Numbered from the stretch's first letter, positions 29,431 through 38,706 are shown. The stretch: 64,000 bases of DNA from Gemmatimonadales bacterium (GCA_025927545.1 JAICLE010000002.1:36339-100338); one strand, 5' to 3'. The notes: a model not told the origin generated them from the sequence alone. Program-made: numbers and translations.

Positions 29431-30554
29431 GCTGTCCTCCCGGCGGACGCGAGCCGGGCCACCTGCTCGACCAGGCTCCGGGTCCGCTCGAAGAGTGCAT
29501 TGCCTGCCTGATAGAGGCTCCCGCCGACCAGCAGGATGCAGTCGGGTCCGTAGAAGTCCAGCAGCTCGACGATGCGCTCCACCCTGATGCCGCCCGCCGG
29601 TACCGGGAAGGCGGGCCGAGCGCGCGGATGCCCGGCCCGGAGCGCGGCCGCGAGCGCCCGGCAGGTGTCGGCGCCGTAGCTGAACCGCCCGCCGGAGTGG
29701 GGGAAGATCACCGCGTCCGCGCCGTACCACCGGAAGAGCTTCCCGAACAGCACGGGCTCGGCGGCGCGGAGCACGCCGCCCAGCGCCGGGTGAGCGATGA
29801 TCGGGAGCCCAGCCGATTCCGATGCGAGCTGATGGAGCAGCGGCAGACCGACGAGCATCGGCGAGATCAGCACCGCCCGCGCGCCCGCGCGGCGCGCGAA
29901 CTCGAGCTGCCGCCCGATCCGCTCCGGCGTCCCGATGAGGTTCGGGACGTAGAGCGCCCGGCGGCCGGTCTCGCGGGCCGCATGCTCGACCGCACGGAGG
30001 CACGCCTCCACCCGCGCCTCGAAGGGGCAGAACGGGTGGTCGGCCAGCCCGTGATCGTCTTTGATGACGTCCACCCCCGCACGTGCGAACGTGGCGCAGA
30101 GCTCCGCCAGCCCAGCGGGATCGAGCCCCATGGGCTTGAGTGCCGTCGCGAGGAGTGGCCCGCCCGGCACGCCAGCCAGCGCGCGAAGCCCCCCGATGCC
30201 GGCGCGCGGCCCCGGCAACCAGTCGAACGCCGCATCGGGGAGCTCGACGTCCTCGAGCAGCAGATCCGGCTGCAGCGACGAATTGCCGAACAGCACGTTG
30301 AGCAGTTGCGCGGGGTCGGCGGCCGCGGTGGCGACCGGGTGGGCGATGGTGACACGGTGGATGCCCTCGCTCACCGCGGCGATCGTCTCGACGCAGCCGA
30401 GAATGTGCTCGGCCACCCAGTGGTTGCGCACCGCCGCGCGCGGGAGCTCGACCGCCTGCTCCAGCAGCAGCGCCTCCGACCGCGCGCGGACGTCGGCCGC
30501 CGCCACGCGGATGAGGTAGGTGACGCGGATCGAGGCGGCGCTCATCTGGTGCAC
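29427..30554 (-). CDS. RuBisCO large-subunit-like protein (form IV, RLP)
   Basis: It shows ALKPMGLD (the KPK region, with M in place of the second K), AGVDVIKDDHGLADHPF (the KDDE region, here KDDH), IAHPALGG, FPHSGGRF, VPAGGI and LLVGGSL. Together these align to the RuBisCO large-subunit catalytic barrel. The start is GTG 30554 (GGAGG 9 nt upstream) or ATG 30545. Confidence 0.85.
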   Translation of the reverse strand: MHQMSAASIRVTYLIRVAAADVRARSEALLLEQAVELPRAAVRNHWVAEHILGCVETIAAVSEGIHRVTIAHPVATAAADPAQLLNVLFGNSSLQPDLLLEDVELPDAAFDWLPGPRAGIGGLRALAGVPGGPLLATALKPMGLDPAGLAELCATFARAGVDVIKDDHGLADHPFCPFEARVEACLRAVEHAARETGRRALYVPNLIGTPERIGRQLEFARRAGARAVLISPMLVGLPLLHQLASESAGLPIIAHPALGGVLRAAEPVLFGKLFRWYGADAVIFPHSGGRFSYGADTCRALAAALRAGHPRARPAFPVPAGGIRVERIVELLDFYGPDCILLVGGSLYQAGNALFERTRSLVEQVARLASAGRTA

Positions 30555-30628
30555 CGGCACACTCCTCCCCATAGTGGGAACGCGAGTTCCGTTGAACAAT
30601 ATCGCCCACTCGGGCGCGGAGACGACCC

Positions 30629-31984
30629 ATGGGAATGGAGCAGATCCGGCACTTCGTCCTGCTGATGATGGAAAACCGCTCGTTCGACCACTATCTCGGC
30701 GCTCTCACCCTGGCGCCGGAGGCCCGCGGCGACATCGAGGGGCTGGTGGGCGGCCTGCCGGTCAATCGCCATATCGGCGACCCTCCGACCGACACCGGCG
30801 TGCCACCCTGGCCGCTGGACAACGTGAAGCTCCAGTTCTTCGATCCGCCACACGAGTCCCCCGAGGTGCGGCAGCAGTGGAACGAGGGGAAGATGGATGG
30901 CTTCGTCCAGGCGTATGAGCGGTTCCACGCGCGGAGCACCTACCCGACGCCACTCTACGCCAGCCCGCTCCTCGGCACCGCGCCGCCGGCCCCGCCCGAC
31001 ATCCGCCAGATGGCCCGGGTGGTCATGGGCTATTACACCCGACAGACGCTTCCGGTGCTGTACGCGCTGGCCGACCAGTTTGCCGTGTTCGACCACTGGC
31101 ACAGCTCGTTCCTCGGCTCGACCCATCCCAACCGCATCTTCGCCATGGCGGGCCACTCGGGGGACGTGATCACGACGACCTGGAAGACCGCGTTCCGGCA
31201 CAAGCCGCCGCCGATCTGGGGCGGCTGGGAGCGGAAGGGCGGGAGCACCCGCGGTATCACGTGGAAGGCGTACAAGCTGCCGTCGGAGCTCTCGATGTTC
31301 GCGCTCTGGCCGGGGTTCGCCAGCGAGCACGAAGCCAACGGTGCCTCGCTGCGGGACTTCGTGGCCGACTGCAGGGCCGACCGGCTGCCCGACGTGGCCA
31401 TCGTCGAGCCGCCCTACAGTTCGGCCGACGACCACCCGACCCACGACCCGCGTCGAGGTCAGCAGTTCATCGGATTCGTCGTCGACGCGCTGCTCCGGAG
31501 CCCGAGCTGGAAAAGCACGGCACTGGTGCTCACCTACGACGAGCACGGCGGCTTCTTCGATCACGTGCCACCGCCGGCCAGCCCCGAGCGGGCCGCCGCG
31601 CCGTGGGACGTGCTCGGGCTTCGGGTCCCCACGATCGTGCTCAGCCCGTTCACGCCGCGGATGGTGGTGAGCGAGACGTTCGAGCACACCTCCGTGCTCA
31701 AGACCATCGCCGAGCGGTGGGAGCTCGACATCCCGGCGGAGGCCGGCCCTCGGCTGCCGCTCGTCAAGTCGTTGTGGGAGAGCAGCTTCGATTTCACACG
31801 CCGGCGCGCGCGAGCCGGCGGCACGGTTCCGCTGCCGGCGATCTCGGCGGACTGGCGGGCGCAGATCACGCCGGAGGGGGACGGGCCGGTCCGGTCCGAC
31901 ATGGCGGAGTCGCTCGCCAAGGCGACCCAGCTCTCCTCGCTGGCCGAGCTCGGCGGGCTTCTGGGGGGAGGCGGGGAGCAATGA
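30629..31984 (+). CDS. phosphoesterase family protein (phospholipase C / acid phosphatase AcpA family)
   Basis: 451 aa. It shows an N-terminal HFVLLMMENRSFDHYLG and later LVLTYDEHGGFFDHVPPP, both hallmarks of the PLC/AcpA phosphoesterase family. Confidence 0.82.
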   Translation: MGMEQIRHFVLLMMENRSFDHYLGALTLAPEARGDIEGLVGGLPVNRHIGDPPTDTGVPPWPLDNVKLQFFDPPHESPEVRQQWNEGKMDGFVQAYERFHARSTYPTPLYASPLLGTAPPAPPDIRQMARVVMGYYTRQTLPVLYALADQFAVFDHWHSSFLGSTHPNRIFAMAGHSGDVITTTWKTAFRHKPPPIWGGWERKGGSTRGITWKAYKLPSELSMFALWPGFASEHEANGASLRDFVADCRADRLPDVAIVEPPYSSADDHPTHDPRRGQQFIGFVVDALLRSPSWKSTALVLTYDEHGGFFDHVPPPASPERAAAPWDVLGLRVPTIVLSPFTPRMVVSETFEHTSVLKTIAERWELDIPAEAGPRLPLVKSLWESSFDFTRRRARAGGTVPLPAISADWRAQITPEGDGPVRSDMAESLAKATQLSSLAELGGLLGGGGEQ

Positions 31985-33603
31985 GCTTGCGGTCCCGTCC
32001 CGGCGCCGACACGTTCTCCGCCATGAGACCACATGCTTCACGCGTCCGCCTCGCTGCCGTGATCGCCGCGGGGGCTGTCCTCTCCACTCCCGCCGCCGCC
32101 CAGCGACCCGCCGCGCCCCCGCCGGGGTTCGATGCGTATGTCGCCCGCGTCATGAAGGCGTTCACCGTACCAGGCTTGGCCGTCGCCATCGTCAAGGATG
32201 GCCGTGTGGTGCTCGCCAGAGGCTATGGCGTCCGCCGCCTGGGCGACCCCACACCGGTCGACGCGCAGACCCGGTTCGGCATCGCGTCCAACACCAAGTT
32301 GTTCACGGCCACCGCGCTCGCCCTGCTGGTCGAGGAGGGCAAGGTGGAGTGGGACGCGCCGGTGATCCGGTATCTGCCGTGGTTCGCGATGTACGACCCG
32401 TTCGTCACCCGCGAGCTCACCGTGCGCGACCTGCTCGTGCACCGGAGCGGGCTCGGGCTCGGCGCCGGGGATCTGCTGTGGTGGCCGCCCACCACCTACA
32501 ACCGGAAGGAAATCGCCCGGCGCCTGCGGTTCATCCGGCCGGCCAGCTCGTTCCGGAGCGCCTACGCCTACGACAACGTGCTCTACCTCGTCGCGGGCGA
32601 GGTCATCGAGGCGGTCTCCGGCCAGAGCTGGGAGGAATTCGTCCGCGACCGCATTCTGCGAAAGGTGGGAATGGCCCACAGCGACGTGCACCACTCCGAC
32701 GCGACGCGCGGCGGCAACGTCGCCACGCCGCATGCGGAGGTGAACGATACGGTACGGATCGTGGCTCCCTTCGCGAGCGACAACACCAACCCCGCCGGCG
32801 GGGTGATGTCGGGCGCCGAGGACATGGCCCGGTGGCTCATGGTTCAGCTCGACTCGGGGCGGGTGGCGGACGGAACGCGGCTTTTCTCGCCCGCGAGCAC
32901 GCGGCAGCTCTGGCGCGAAGTAACGCCCGAGCCCATCGCCGACGCGCCGGCAGGGCTATCGCACCTGCAGCCCCACTTTCTCGGCTACGCGCTGGGGCTC
33001 AACACGCTGGACTACAGGGGGAAGATGCTGCTGACGCACACGGGCGGGCTGCCGGGCTACGTTTCCCGCATCGCCATGATCCCGGAACTCCGGCTCGGCG
33101 TGGCGGTGCTGACCAATCAGGAGTCGGGCCGGGCCTTCAATGCCATTGCCTACCGGGTGCTCGACCACTACCTCGGCGCGAAGGCGCCGGACTACGTCGG
33201 GATCTACCAGGCGCTCGACGCGCGGGACCGCGCGGAGGTCGAGGCGCAGGGGACACGGGCGGCAACCCAACGTGATTCCACCTCCGGCCCCTCGCTCCCG
33301 CTGGTTCGATACGCCGGCACTTATCGCGATGCCTGGTATGGAGACGTGGCCATCGCCGAGGAGAACGGCAGGCTGGTGATCCGACTGACCCGCACGCCAT
33401 CCATGGTGGGCGACCTCCAGCACTGGCAGCACGACACGTTCGTGGCACGGTGGCGGGACCGCGAGCTCCGGGCGGACGCGTACGTCACCTTCGCCCTCGA
33501 TCCAGCCGGCGCCGTGGCAGAGGTGAAGATGGCGCCGGCCTCACCCGCCGTGGATTTCAGCTTCGACTTCCAGGACCTACTGCTCGAGCGGGTAGCGCCC
33601 TAG
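31981..33603 (+). CDS. serine hydrolase, class C beta-lactamase-like, with C-terminal extra domain, secreted
   Basis: 540 aa from ATG 31981, with an ATGA overlap onto the upstream stop; ATG 32023 is an alternative. It has a signal (RLAAVIAAGAVLSTPAAAQ), the SxxK motif SNTK, YDNVLY (YxN) and HTGG. The upstream 240 codons of the track ORF are spurious. Confidence 0.85.
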   Translation: MSLRSRPGADTFSAMRPHASRVRLAAVIAAGAVLSTPAAAQRPAAPPPGFDAYVARVMKAFTVPGLAVAIVKDGRVVLARGYGVRRLGDPTPVDAQTRFGIASNTKLFTATALALLVEEGKVEWDAPVIRYLPWFAMYDPFVTRELTVRDLLVHRSGLGLGAGDLLWWPPTTYNRKEIARRLRFIRPASSFRSAYAYDNVLYLVAGEVIEAVSGQSWEEFVRDRILRKVGMAHSDVHHSDATRGGNVATPHAEVNDTVRIVAPFASDNTNPAGGVMSGAEDMARWLMVQLDSGRVADGTRLFSPASTRQLWREVTPEPIADAPAGLSHLQPHFLGYALGLNTLDYRGKMLLTHTGGLPGYVSRIAMIPELRLGVAVLTNQESGRAFNAIAYRVLDHYLGAKAPDYVGIYQALDARDRAEVEAQGTRAATQRDSTSGPSLPLVRYAGTYRDAWYGDVAIAEENGRLVIRLTRTPSMVGDLQHWQHDTFVARWRDRELRADAYVTFALDPAGAVAEVKMAPASPAVDFSFDFQDLLLERVAP

Positions 33604-33765
33604 CCTGGCCCCGGCCTTGCCTGCAACCGCGCACACCCGGGCGGCGTCGCGACCGAACGCCGCCGGCGTGCCGTCCCAAGGCCAGGCGAGGCAACGGCTT
33701 GACACGACGCCTCCAGGCCGGATGCGGTGCGTCTTCCCCATGCACCCGCTCGCAAGGGCCGGCCG

Positions 33766-34524
33766 ATGCTCCGATTCGCAAGACTCCTCCTGATCGCGCT
33801 CGCTGGGTTTCCGACCGCTGCCCGGGCGCAAGCGCCGGCACCCGCGCTCGAACGGAGACCGGTAGCCGCGCGGACCGGTTCCGATCCGTGGCTCATCTCC
33901 TTCGTCGGGCTGAGCGGGCATACGGCGCGCACGAACCTCACGCAGCTCGATCGGGCGCTCCAGCCCTACAGCACCAGCTACACGCGGCTCCCCATAGAGG
34001 AGCGCACCCGGGTCCGCCAGGCGTTCGACGATCTGTTCCCGGGCCAGAGCATCAGCCGCGTGACCGTAACGGAGCCACAGGCGCGCGCCGTCGCCTACCT
34101 GGCACTCGGTCCCTGGGAGCGGCGCGGCCCGGATGCCGAATGCGGCGGTCCGCGCCGGCGTGGCAGCGCTACACGGTGCGATCAGGCGCTCGACAGCATG
34201 AGCCGCCGCGCGAGCTGGATCCACGCGACGGTGCTCGCGCTCGGTCGCACGGGAAACAGGCGGCCCCGTGCCCAGGAGCTGGCCGACCTGCGCGCGATGA
34301 ACGAGCATGCGGGGGAGATGGTGCTGGCGCCACCGAGCTGCGGCTGTCCGGCCGCGCGTCAGGATGCGGGGGCCCTGCTCGCGAGCACCCGCGACGCGGT
34401 GGACGCGTACGAGCGCTCGTCGATGCCGGCCTGGATGAGCCTGGGCGACCAGCGGGTCCAGAGCATCGCCCGCCTCTCGGACTCGCTGGAACGCACCTTC
34501 CTTCGCTGCCTGAGAGAGGGCTGA
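33766..34524 (+). CDS. secreted hypothetical protein
   Basis: 252 aa from ATG 33766. It has a signal peptide, MLRFARLLLIALAGFPTAARAQA. No family recognised. I chose it over the antisense ORF 33577..34308 on signal peptide and composition. Confidence 0.55.
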   Translation: MLRFARLLLIALAGFPTAARAQAPAPALERRPVAARTGSDPWLISFVGLSGHTARTNLTQLDRALQPYSTSYTRLPIEERTRVRQAFDDLFPGQSISRVTVTEPQARAVAYLALGPWERRGPDAECGGPRRRGSATRCDQALDSMSRRASWIHATVLALGRTGNRRPRAQELADLRAMNEHAGEMVLAPPSCGCPAARQDAGALLASTRDAVDAYERSSMPAWMSLGDQRVQSIARLSDSLERTFLRCLREG

Positions 34525-34547
34525 CGCCCGGAAACCCAGCCAGCGCG

Positions 34548-34994
34548 TTACCGCTGCGTGCTGTCGACGCCCGGGTTGATCGTGTCACCCTTGGAGGTAA
34601 CCGGCTGTCCCTGATCAGGCCGGGTCTTGGTGACGCCGGGGCCGAGCGTGGACTTGCCCGTCTTGGTGTTCGTCACGCCGGACTTGGTCTGGTTGCCGCG
34701 AGCCGAATCCGAGTGCATGCCGCCGGAGCTGGTATCGCTCCCGGCCGCGCCGCTCCGCATGCCGTTCCGTCCCGTGTCCGCCGGCACGGCGCGAGTGCCG
34801 GTGTCTGTAGCCATTCCCTTCATCCCCGTATCCGCCGACATGCCGCTAGCCCCGGACATTCCGCTGGTGTCGCTCATGGCGCCGGTCTCGGCACCCGTTC
34901 CTGCGGCGCCCGTGTCTCTATTGGTACGACCGCCGCTGCAGCCGGCGAGCGCGATGCCGACCAGGCAGGCGATCGCTTGTGAAGTCGCTCTCAT
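34548..34994 (-). CDS. low-complexity Gly/Ser/Thr/Met-rich lipoprotein
   Basis: 148 aa from ATG 34994. It has a lipobox (VGIALAGCSGG) and degenerate repeats of the DT[GS]...GM type (AMSDTSGMSGASGMSADTGMKGMATDTG). Confidence 0.6.
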   Translation of the reverse strand: MRATSQAIACLVGIALAGCSGGRTNRDTGAAGTGAETGAMSDTSGMSGASGMSADTGMKGMATDTGTRAVPADTGRNGMRSGAAGSDTSSGGMHSDSARGNQTKSGVTNTKTGKSTLGPGVTKTRPDQGQPVTSKGDTINPGVDSTQR

Positions 34995-35150
34995 CTGGTG
35001 TACCTCTCCTAGTCCAGTCATGGGTTCCCGATCCCGCCCGCGGCACACGCTAAGGGCTGGCATGGAGGCCGGAGGTGACCGCGGTCACCAGGTGCCAAGC
35101 TCGCGGCGGGGCAAGTTGATCGAGGCGGACACGTCGAACGGAGCGGTTCC

Positions 35151-36104
35151 GTGACACACCCCATTCGCGGCCTGCACCACGTGACCGCCACCGTCGCCGA
35201 GGCGCAGCACGACCTCGACTTCTGCGAGCGGGTCCTCGGCCTCAGGCTAGTCAAGCGCACCGTCAACTTCGACAACCACAGCGTGTATCACTTTTACTAC
35301 GGGACCGCAGCGGGCGAACCCGGAACGCTGTGGACCACTTTCCCGTACCATGGCTGGGGCGTGCCGTCCGGCGTTCACGGTGCCGGCCAGGTGGTCGCGA
35401 CCGCATTCTCGGTGTCTCCTGGCGCGCTCGATGCCTGGCGCGAGCGCTTTGACGCGGCAGGAGTCGCGGTGGAAGAGGGAGCGCCGCGTTTCGGTGAGCG
35501 CCCCCTCGTGGTTCGCGACCCATCGGGGCTCAGGCTCGAGCTGGTGGCCGACGCGCGAGATACGCGGGCGCCGTGGATCGGTGGCGAGGTCGGCAGGGGC
35601 GTGGCCATCCGCGGACTGCACGCCGTCACCCTGATGCTCCGCTCGCGAGCTCCGACGGCCGAGCTCATGACGGGGCTGCTTGGCTTCGAAGTGGTCCACG
35701 AGGAGCCCGGGCGCACGCGGTTGGCAGTCGGCGGCGACTTGCCCGGGCATCTGGTGGACCTGGTCGACGCCCCGGAGGCGCAGCCGGCGCGGAACGGACT
35801 CGGAACGGTGCATCACGTGGCGTTCGCGGTCGACGGAGCCGACGAGCAGCTCCTGCTCCGGAAGGAGCTGCTCCGCGCCGGCCGCCAGGTCACCGAGGTG
35901 CGCGACCGCACGTACTTCCAGTCGGTTTACTTCCGCGAGCCCGGCGGGGTGCTGTTCGAGCTGGCCACGATGCTGCCGGGCTTCACCGTGGACGAGTCAC
36001 CCGCCGAGCTGGGACAGGCGCTCATGCTTCCGCCCTGGGAAGAGGAGCATCGGGCGACGATCGAGGCCACGCTGCCGCCGATGACGACCCACCGTGGCCA
36101 CTAG
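35151..36104 (+). CDS. ring-cleaving dioxygenase, VOC/glyoxalase superfamily (two-domain)
   Basis: 317 aa. It shows GLHHVTATVA...GLRLVKRTVNFDN, GTVHHVAFAV and YFQSVYFREPGGVLFELATMLPGF. It has the same length and motifs as 27909-28862. Confidence 0.82.
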   Translation: MTHPIRGLHHVTATVAEAQHDLDFCERVLGLRLVKRTVNFDNHSVYHFYYGTAAGEPGTLWTTFPYHGWGVPSGVHGAGQVVATAFSVSPGALDAWRERFDAAGVAVEEGAPRFGERPLVVRDPSGLRLELVADARDTRAPWIGGEVGRGVAIRGLHAVTLMLRSRAPTAELMTGLLGFEVVHEEPGRTRLAVGGDLPGHLVDLVDAPEAQPARNGLGTVHHVAFAVDGADEQLLLRKELLRAGRQVTEVRDRTYFQSVYFREPGGVLFELATMLPGFTVDESPAELGQALMLPPWEEEHRATIEATLPPMTTHRGH

Positions 36105-36120
36105 CGCTCCGCGCCGGCCC

Positions 36121-36750
36121 ATGTGGCCCCTGGTGCTCGCCCTGCTGCTCTTCAGCCTCGCCGTGCTGGCGGGGCGCCGGGTGGCCCGAGGCGCAGGAAC
36201 GCTCGGACGGCTCACCGCGGCGCGGACGTCCGTGAGCCAGGGGGTAGTGGTGGAGCAGACCCGGGCCGTCGCCCGGCTGGTCACGACCGAGACACCGGTG
36301 CGCGACGTGGTGACCTATGAGAACCGGCGACTGGGCTCGACCAAGCGCTCGCTGGTGGTGGTGACCGGCAAGGTGCTCGCCGGCTTCGACCTCGACCGCG
36401 GCACCCAGGTGACGGTAGACCACCCGTCGCGCCGCATCAGGATCACGCTTCCAGCACCTGCGGTGCTCGGCGTCGAGATCACGGAGCTGCGGACGTATAA
36501 CGAGGAAAGCGGCCTCTGGAACCGCTTCCAGCCGTCCGATCGCGACACCATCTTCGCGCTCGCGCGGCAGCAGCTCGTGAAGGCGGCCGGCGAGATCGAG
36601 CTGGCCCGGCACGCCGAGGAGAGCGCGCGCCGCCTGCTGGAAGCCATGGTGCGCGCGGACGGCTACACGACCGACGTGACGTTCGCCGCACATCCGGTAG
36701 GTGCCACCGGCGGCACCTCGCCCATGGAACTCCCCGAGCGTGGCCCCTGA
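36121..36750 (+). CDS. DUF4230-like membrane-anchored protein
   Basis: It has an N-terminal TM segment (MWPLVLALLLFSLAVLAG), then ARLVTTETPVRDVVTYE...VVVTGKVLAGFDL, which resembles DUF4230. GTG 36094 is an alternative start. Confidence 0.6.
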   Translation: MWPLVLALLLFSLAVLAGRRVARGAGTLGRLTAARTSVSQGVVVEQTRAVARLVTTETPVRDVVTYENRRLGSTKRSLVVVTGKVLAGFDLDRGTQVTVDHPSRRIRITLPAPAVLGVEITELRTYNEESGLWNRFQPSDRDTIFALARQQLVKAAGEIELARHAEESARRLLEAMVRADGYTTDVTFAAHPVGATGGTSPMELPERGP

Positions 36751-36754
36751 CGCG

Positions 36755-37312
36755 ATGCTCGCCTACGTCTTCTGGCACTGGCCCCGCGCCGACGTGACAG
36801 CGGCGGCCTACGAGACCGTGCAGCGGCGCTTCCACGCCACGCTCCGGGACAGCCCACCCCCGCGCTTCCTCGGCTCGCGCTCGCTGGCGGTGGCCGGCGC
36901 ACGCTGGGCGGGCCGCGAGGGAGGCGCGGCGTACGAAGACTGGTACTTCGTCGATGGGTCGGCCGGGCTCGATCCGCTCAACGCCGCCGCGGTGAGCCCG
37001 GCATACCGCGGCCCGCACGACGCGGCGGCGGCCGCCGCCGAAGGCGGGACCGCCGGCCTGTATCGACTGCGCCGGGGCCCCGCCGCCGACCCGCCACTCG
37101 CGGCCGCGTGGTTTACGAAGCCGCCCGAGATGAGCTATGCCACCCTCTTCGCCATGCTCGAGCCGCTGATCGCGGCGGAGGGCGCCGCGCTGTGGGCCCG
37201 GCAGATGACTCTGGGACCCACGCCCGAGTTCTGTCTGCACACCGGGCACCCCGTCGAGCTGCCCGCCGCGCTCGTTCCCGTCGCCGTGCGCTGCCGGCCC
37301 GTGTGGCCGTAG
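36755..37312 (+). CDS. hypothetical protein
   Basis: 185 aa from ATG 36755 (MLAYVFWHWPRADV...). GC3-rich codons. No family recognised. Confidence 0.5.
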   Translation: MLAYVFWHWPRADVTAAAYETVQRRFHATLRDSPPPRFLGSRSLAVAGARWAGREGGAAYEDWYFVDGSAGLDPLNAAAVSPAYRGPHDAAAAAAEGGTAGLYRLRRGPAADPPLAAAWFTKPPEMSYATLFAMLEPLIAAEGAALWARQMTLGPTPEFCLHTGHPVELPAALVPVAVRCRPVWP

Positions 37313-37395
37313 GCCGGAGCCGGTGCCCCGGACCGGGTTAGATTGCGCGCGTGCGGTACCCGGCCGCACCGCCGCACTCGCCCCCGTGCCTCGGA

Positions 37396-38706
37396 ATGCC
37401 CGTGCCTTTCAGCAGTCTGAAGCTCCACCCCAATCTCCTCAAGGGCATCAAGGAGCTCGGCTTCGCCCGCCCGACGCCGATCCAGGCGGAGGCCATCCCG
37501 CCCGCGCTCGAGGGCCGAGACGTGCTCGCCTGCGCGATGACCGGGAGCGGGAAGACGGCGGCCTTCCTGCTGCCGATCCTGCATCGGTTGATGGACAAGC
37601 CGCGGGGCACGACACGAGCGCTCGTGCTCACGCCCACGCGCGAACTCGCGGCGCAGATCCTGGAGGACCTGAACGAGTTGGCGGTGCATACGCCGATTAC
37701 CGCGGCCGCCATCTTTGGCGGCGTCGGGATGGCGCCCCAGGAGCACGCCTTCCGGACGGGGGTGGATGTACTCGTTGCCACGCCGGGCCGGCTGCTCGAC
37801 CACTTCCGGGCGCCGTACGCCAAGCTCCCGGGCATTGAATTTCTGGTGCTCGACGAGGCCGACCGGATGCTCGACATGGGCTTTCTGCCCGACATCCGCC
37901 GCGTGCTCCGGCACCTGCCGGCCGAGCGCCAGACGCTCTTCTTCAGCGCCACGATGCCGGCACCCATCATCGAGCTCACGCGCCAGATGCTCCGCCGACC
38001 TGCGACGGTCAACCTGGAGCGGAAGGCGGCGCCCGCCGTCGGGATCACCCAGGCCGTCTACCCCGTCCCGCAGGAGCTCAAGTCGGCGCTGTTCCTCGAG
38101 CTGCTCGGGGGGGGTGAGATGCGGGACGCGCTCGTGTTCACCCGAACGAAGCACCGCGCCAACCGGCTCCAGGCGTACCTGGTGAAGCACGGGATCAAGG
38201 CCGAGCGGATCCACGGCAACCGCTCCCAGGCACAGCGGACGGATGCGCTCGCGGGCTTCAAGAGCGGAAAGTTCCGCGTGCTGGTGGCCACCGACATCGC
38301 CGCCCGGGGCATCGACGTCGAGGCGCTGGGTCACGTGGTGAACTTCGATGTGCCGCTGGTACCGGAAGACTACATCCATCGGGTGGGCCGCACCGCGCGG
38401 GCGGAGACCACGGGGGACGCGTTCACGTTCGTGTCGCCGGAGGAGGAGGGGGAGCTCCGCGGCATCGAACGCGCGATCGGGCGGCGGCTGCCGCGAGTCA
38501 CCGTCCCCGGGTTCGACTACTCCGCGCGGCCCGAGGCCCGGCTCGAGGTGCCGCTGGCCGAGCGGATCGCGCAGATCCGGGCCCGGAAGGCGGAGGACCG
38601 GGAGCGTGCCAAGGCCAACGCGGCGCGGCGGGCAGCGCACCAGGCATCGGAGCAGGCACGGCGCGGTGCCCGGCCCAAGGGAGGCCGGCGGGGCGGGGGA
38701 CGTTGA
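37396..38706 (+). CDS. DEAD-box ATP-dependent RNA helicase (RhlE-like) with basic C-terminal tail
   Basis: It shows the Q motif GFARPTPIQ, motif I AMTGSGKTAAF, DEAD as VLDEADRM, SAT, and motif VI HRVGRTARA. ATG 37396 is preferred over GTG 37351. Confidence 0.92.
   Translation: MPVPFSSLKLHPNLLKGIKELGFARPTPIQAEAIPPALEGRDVLACAMTGSGKTAAFLLPILHRLMDKPRGTTRALVLTPTRELAAQILEDLNELAVHTPITAAAIFGGVGMAPQEHAFRTGVDVLVATPGRLLDHFRAPYAKLPGIEFLVLDEADRMLDMGFLPDIRRVLRHLPAERQTLFFSATMPAPIIELTRQMLRRPATVNLERKAAPAVGITQAVYPVPQELKSALFLELLGGGEMRDALVFTRTKHRANRLQAYLVKHGIKAERIHGNRSQAQRTDALAGFKSGKFRVLVATDIAARGIDVEALGHVVNFDVPLVPEDYIHRVGRTARAETTGDAFTFVSPEEEGELRGIERAIGRRLPRVTVPGFDYSARPEARLEVPLAERIAQIRARKAEDRERAKANAARRAAHQASEQARRGARPKGGRRGGGR

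Noticed and set aside
29427-30554. Bona fide CO2-fixing RuBisCO
   Set aside because: The second Lys of the KPK motif is Met, and the metal-ligand Glu of KDDE is His. The N-terminal domain is short, and no small-subunit, prk or cbb genes are adjacent. I therefore call it an RLP (form IV).
28987-30630. 547-aa minus-strand ORF
   Set aside because: It is a composite. Only the C-terminal 147 aa (the cupin, from ATG 29430) are credible. The upstream part is the RLP gene read out of frame, giving an Arg/Pro/Gly-rich translation.
33577-34308. 243-aa minus-strand ORF
   Set aside because: It overlaps the + strand ORF 33766-34524, which has a clean signal peptide. The minus-strand translation is Arg/Pro/Gly-rich with no motif.
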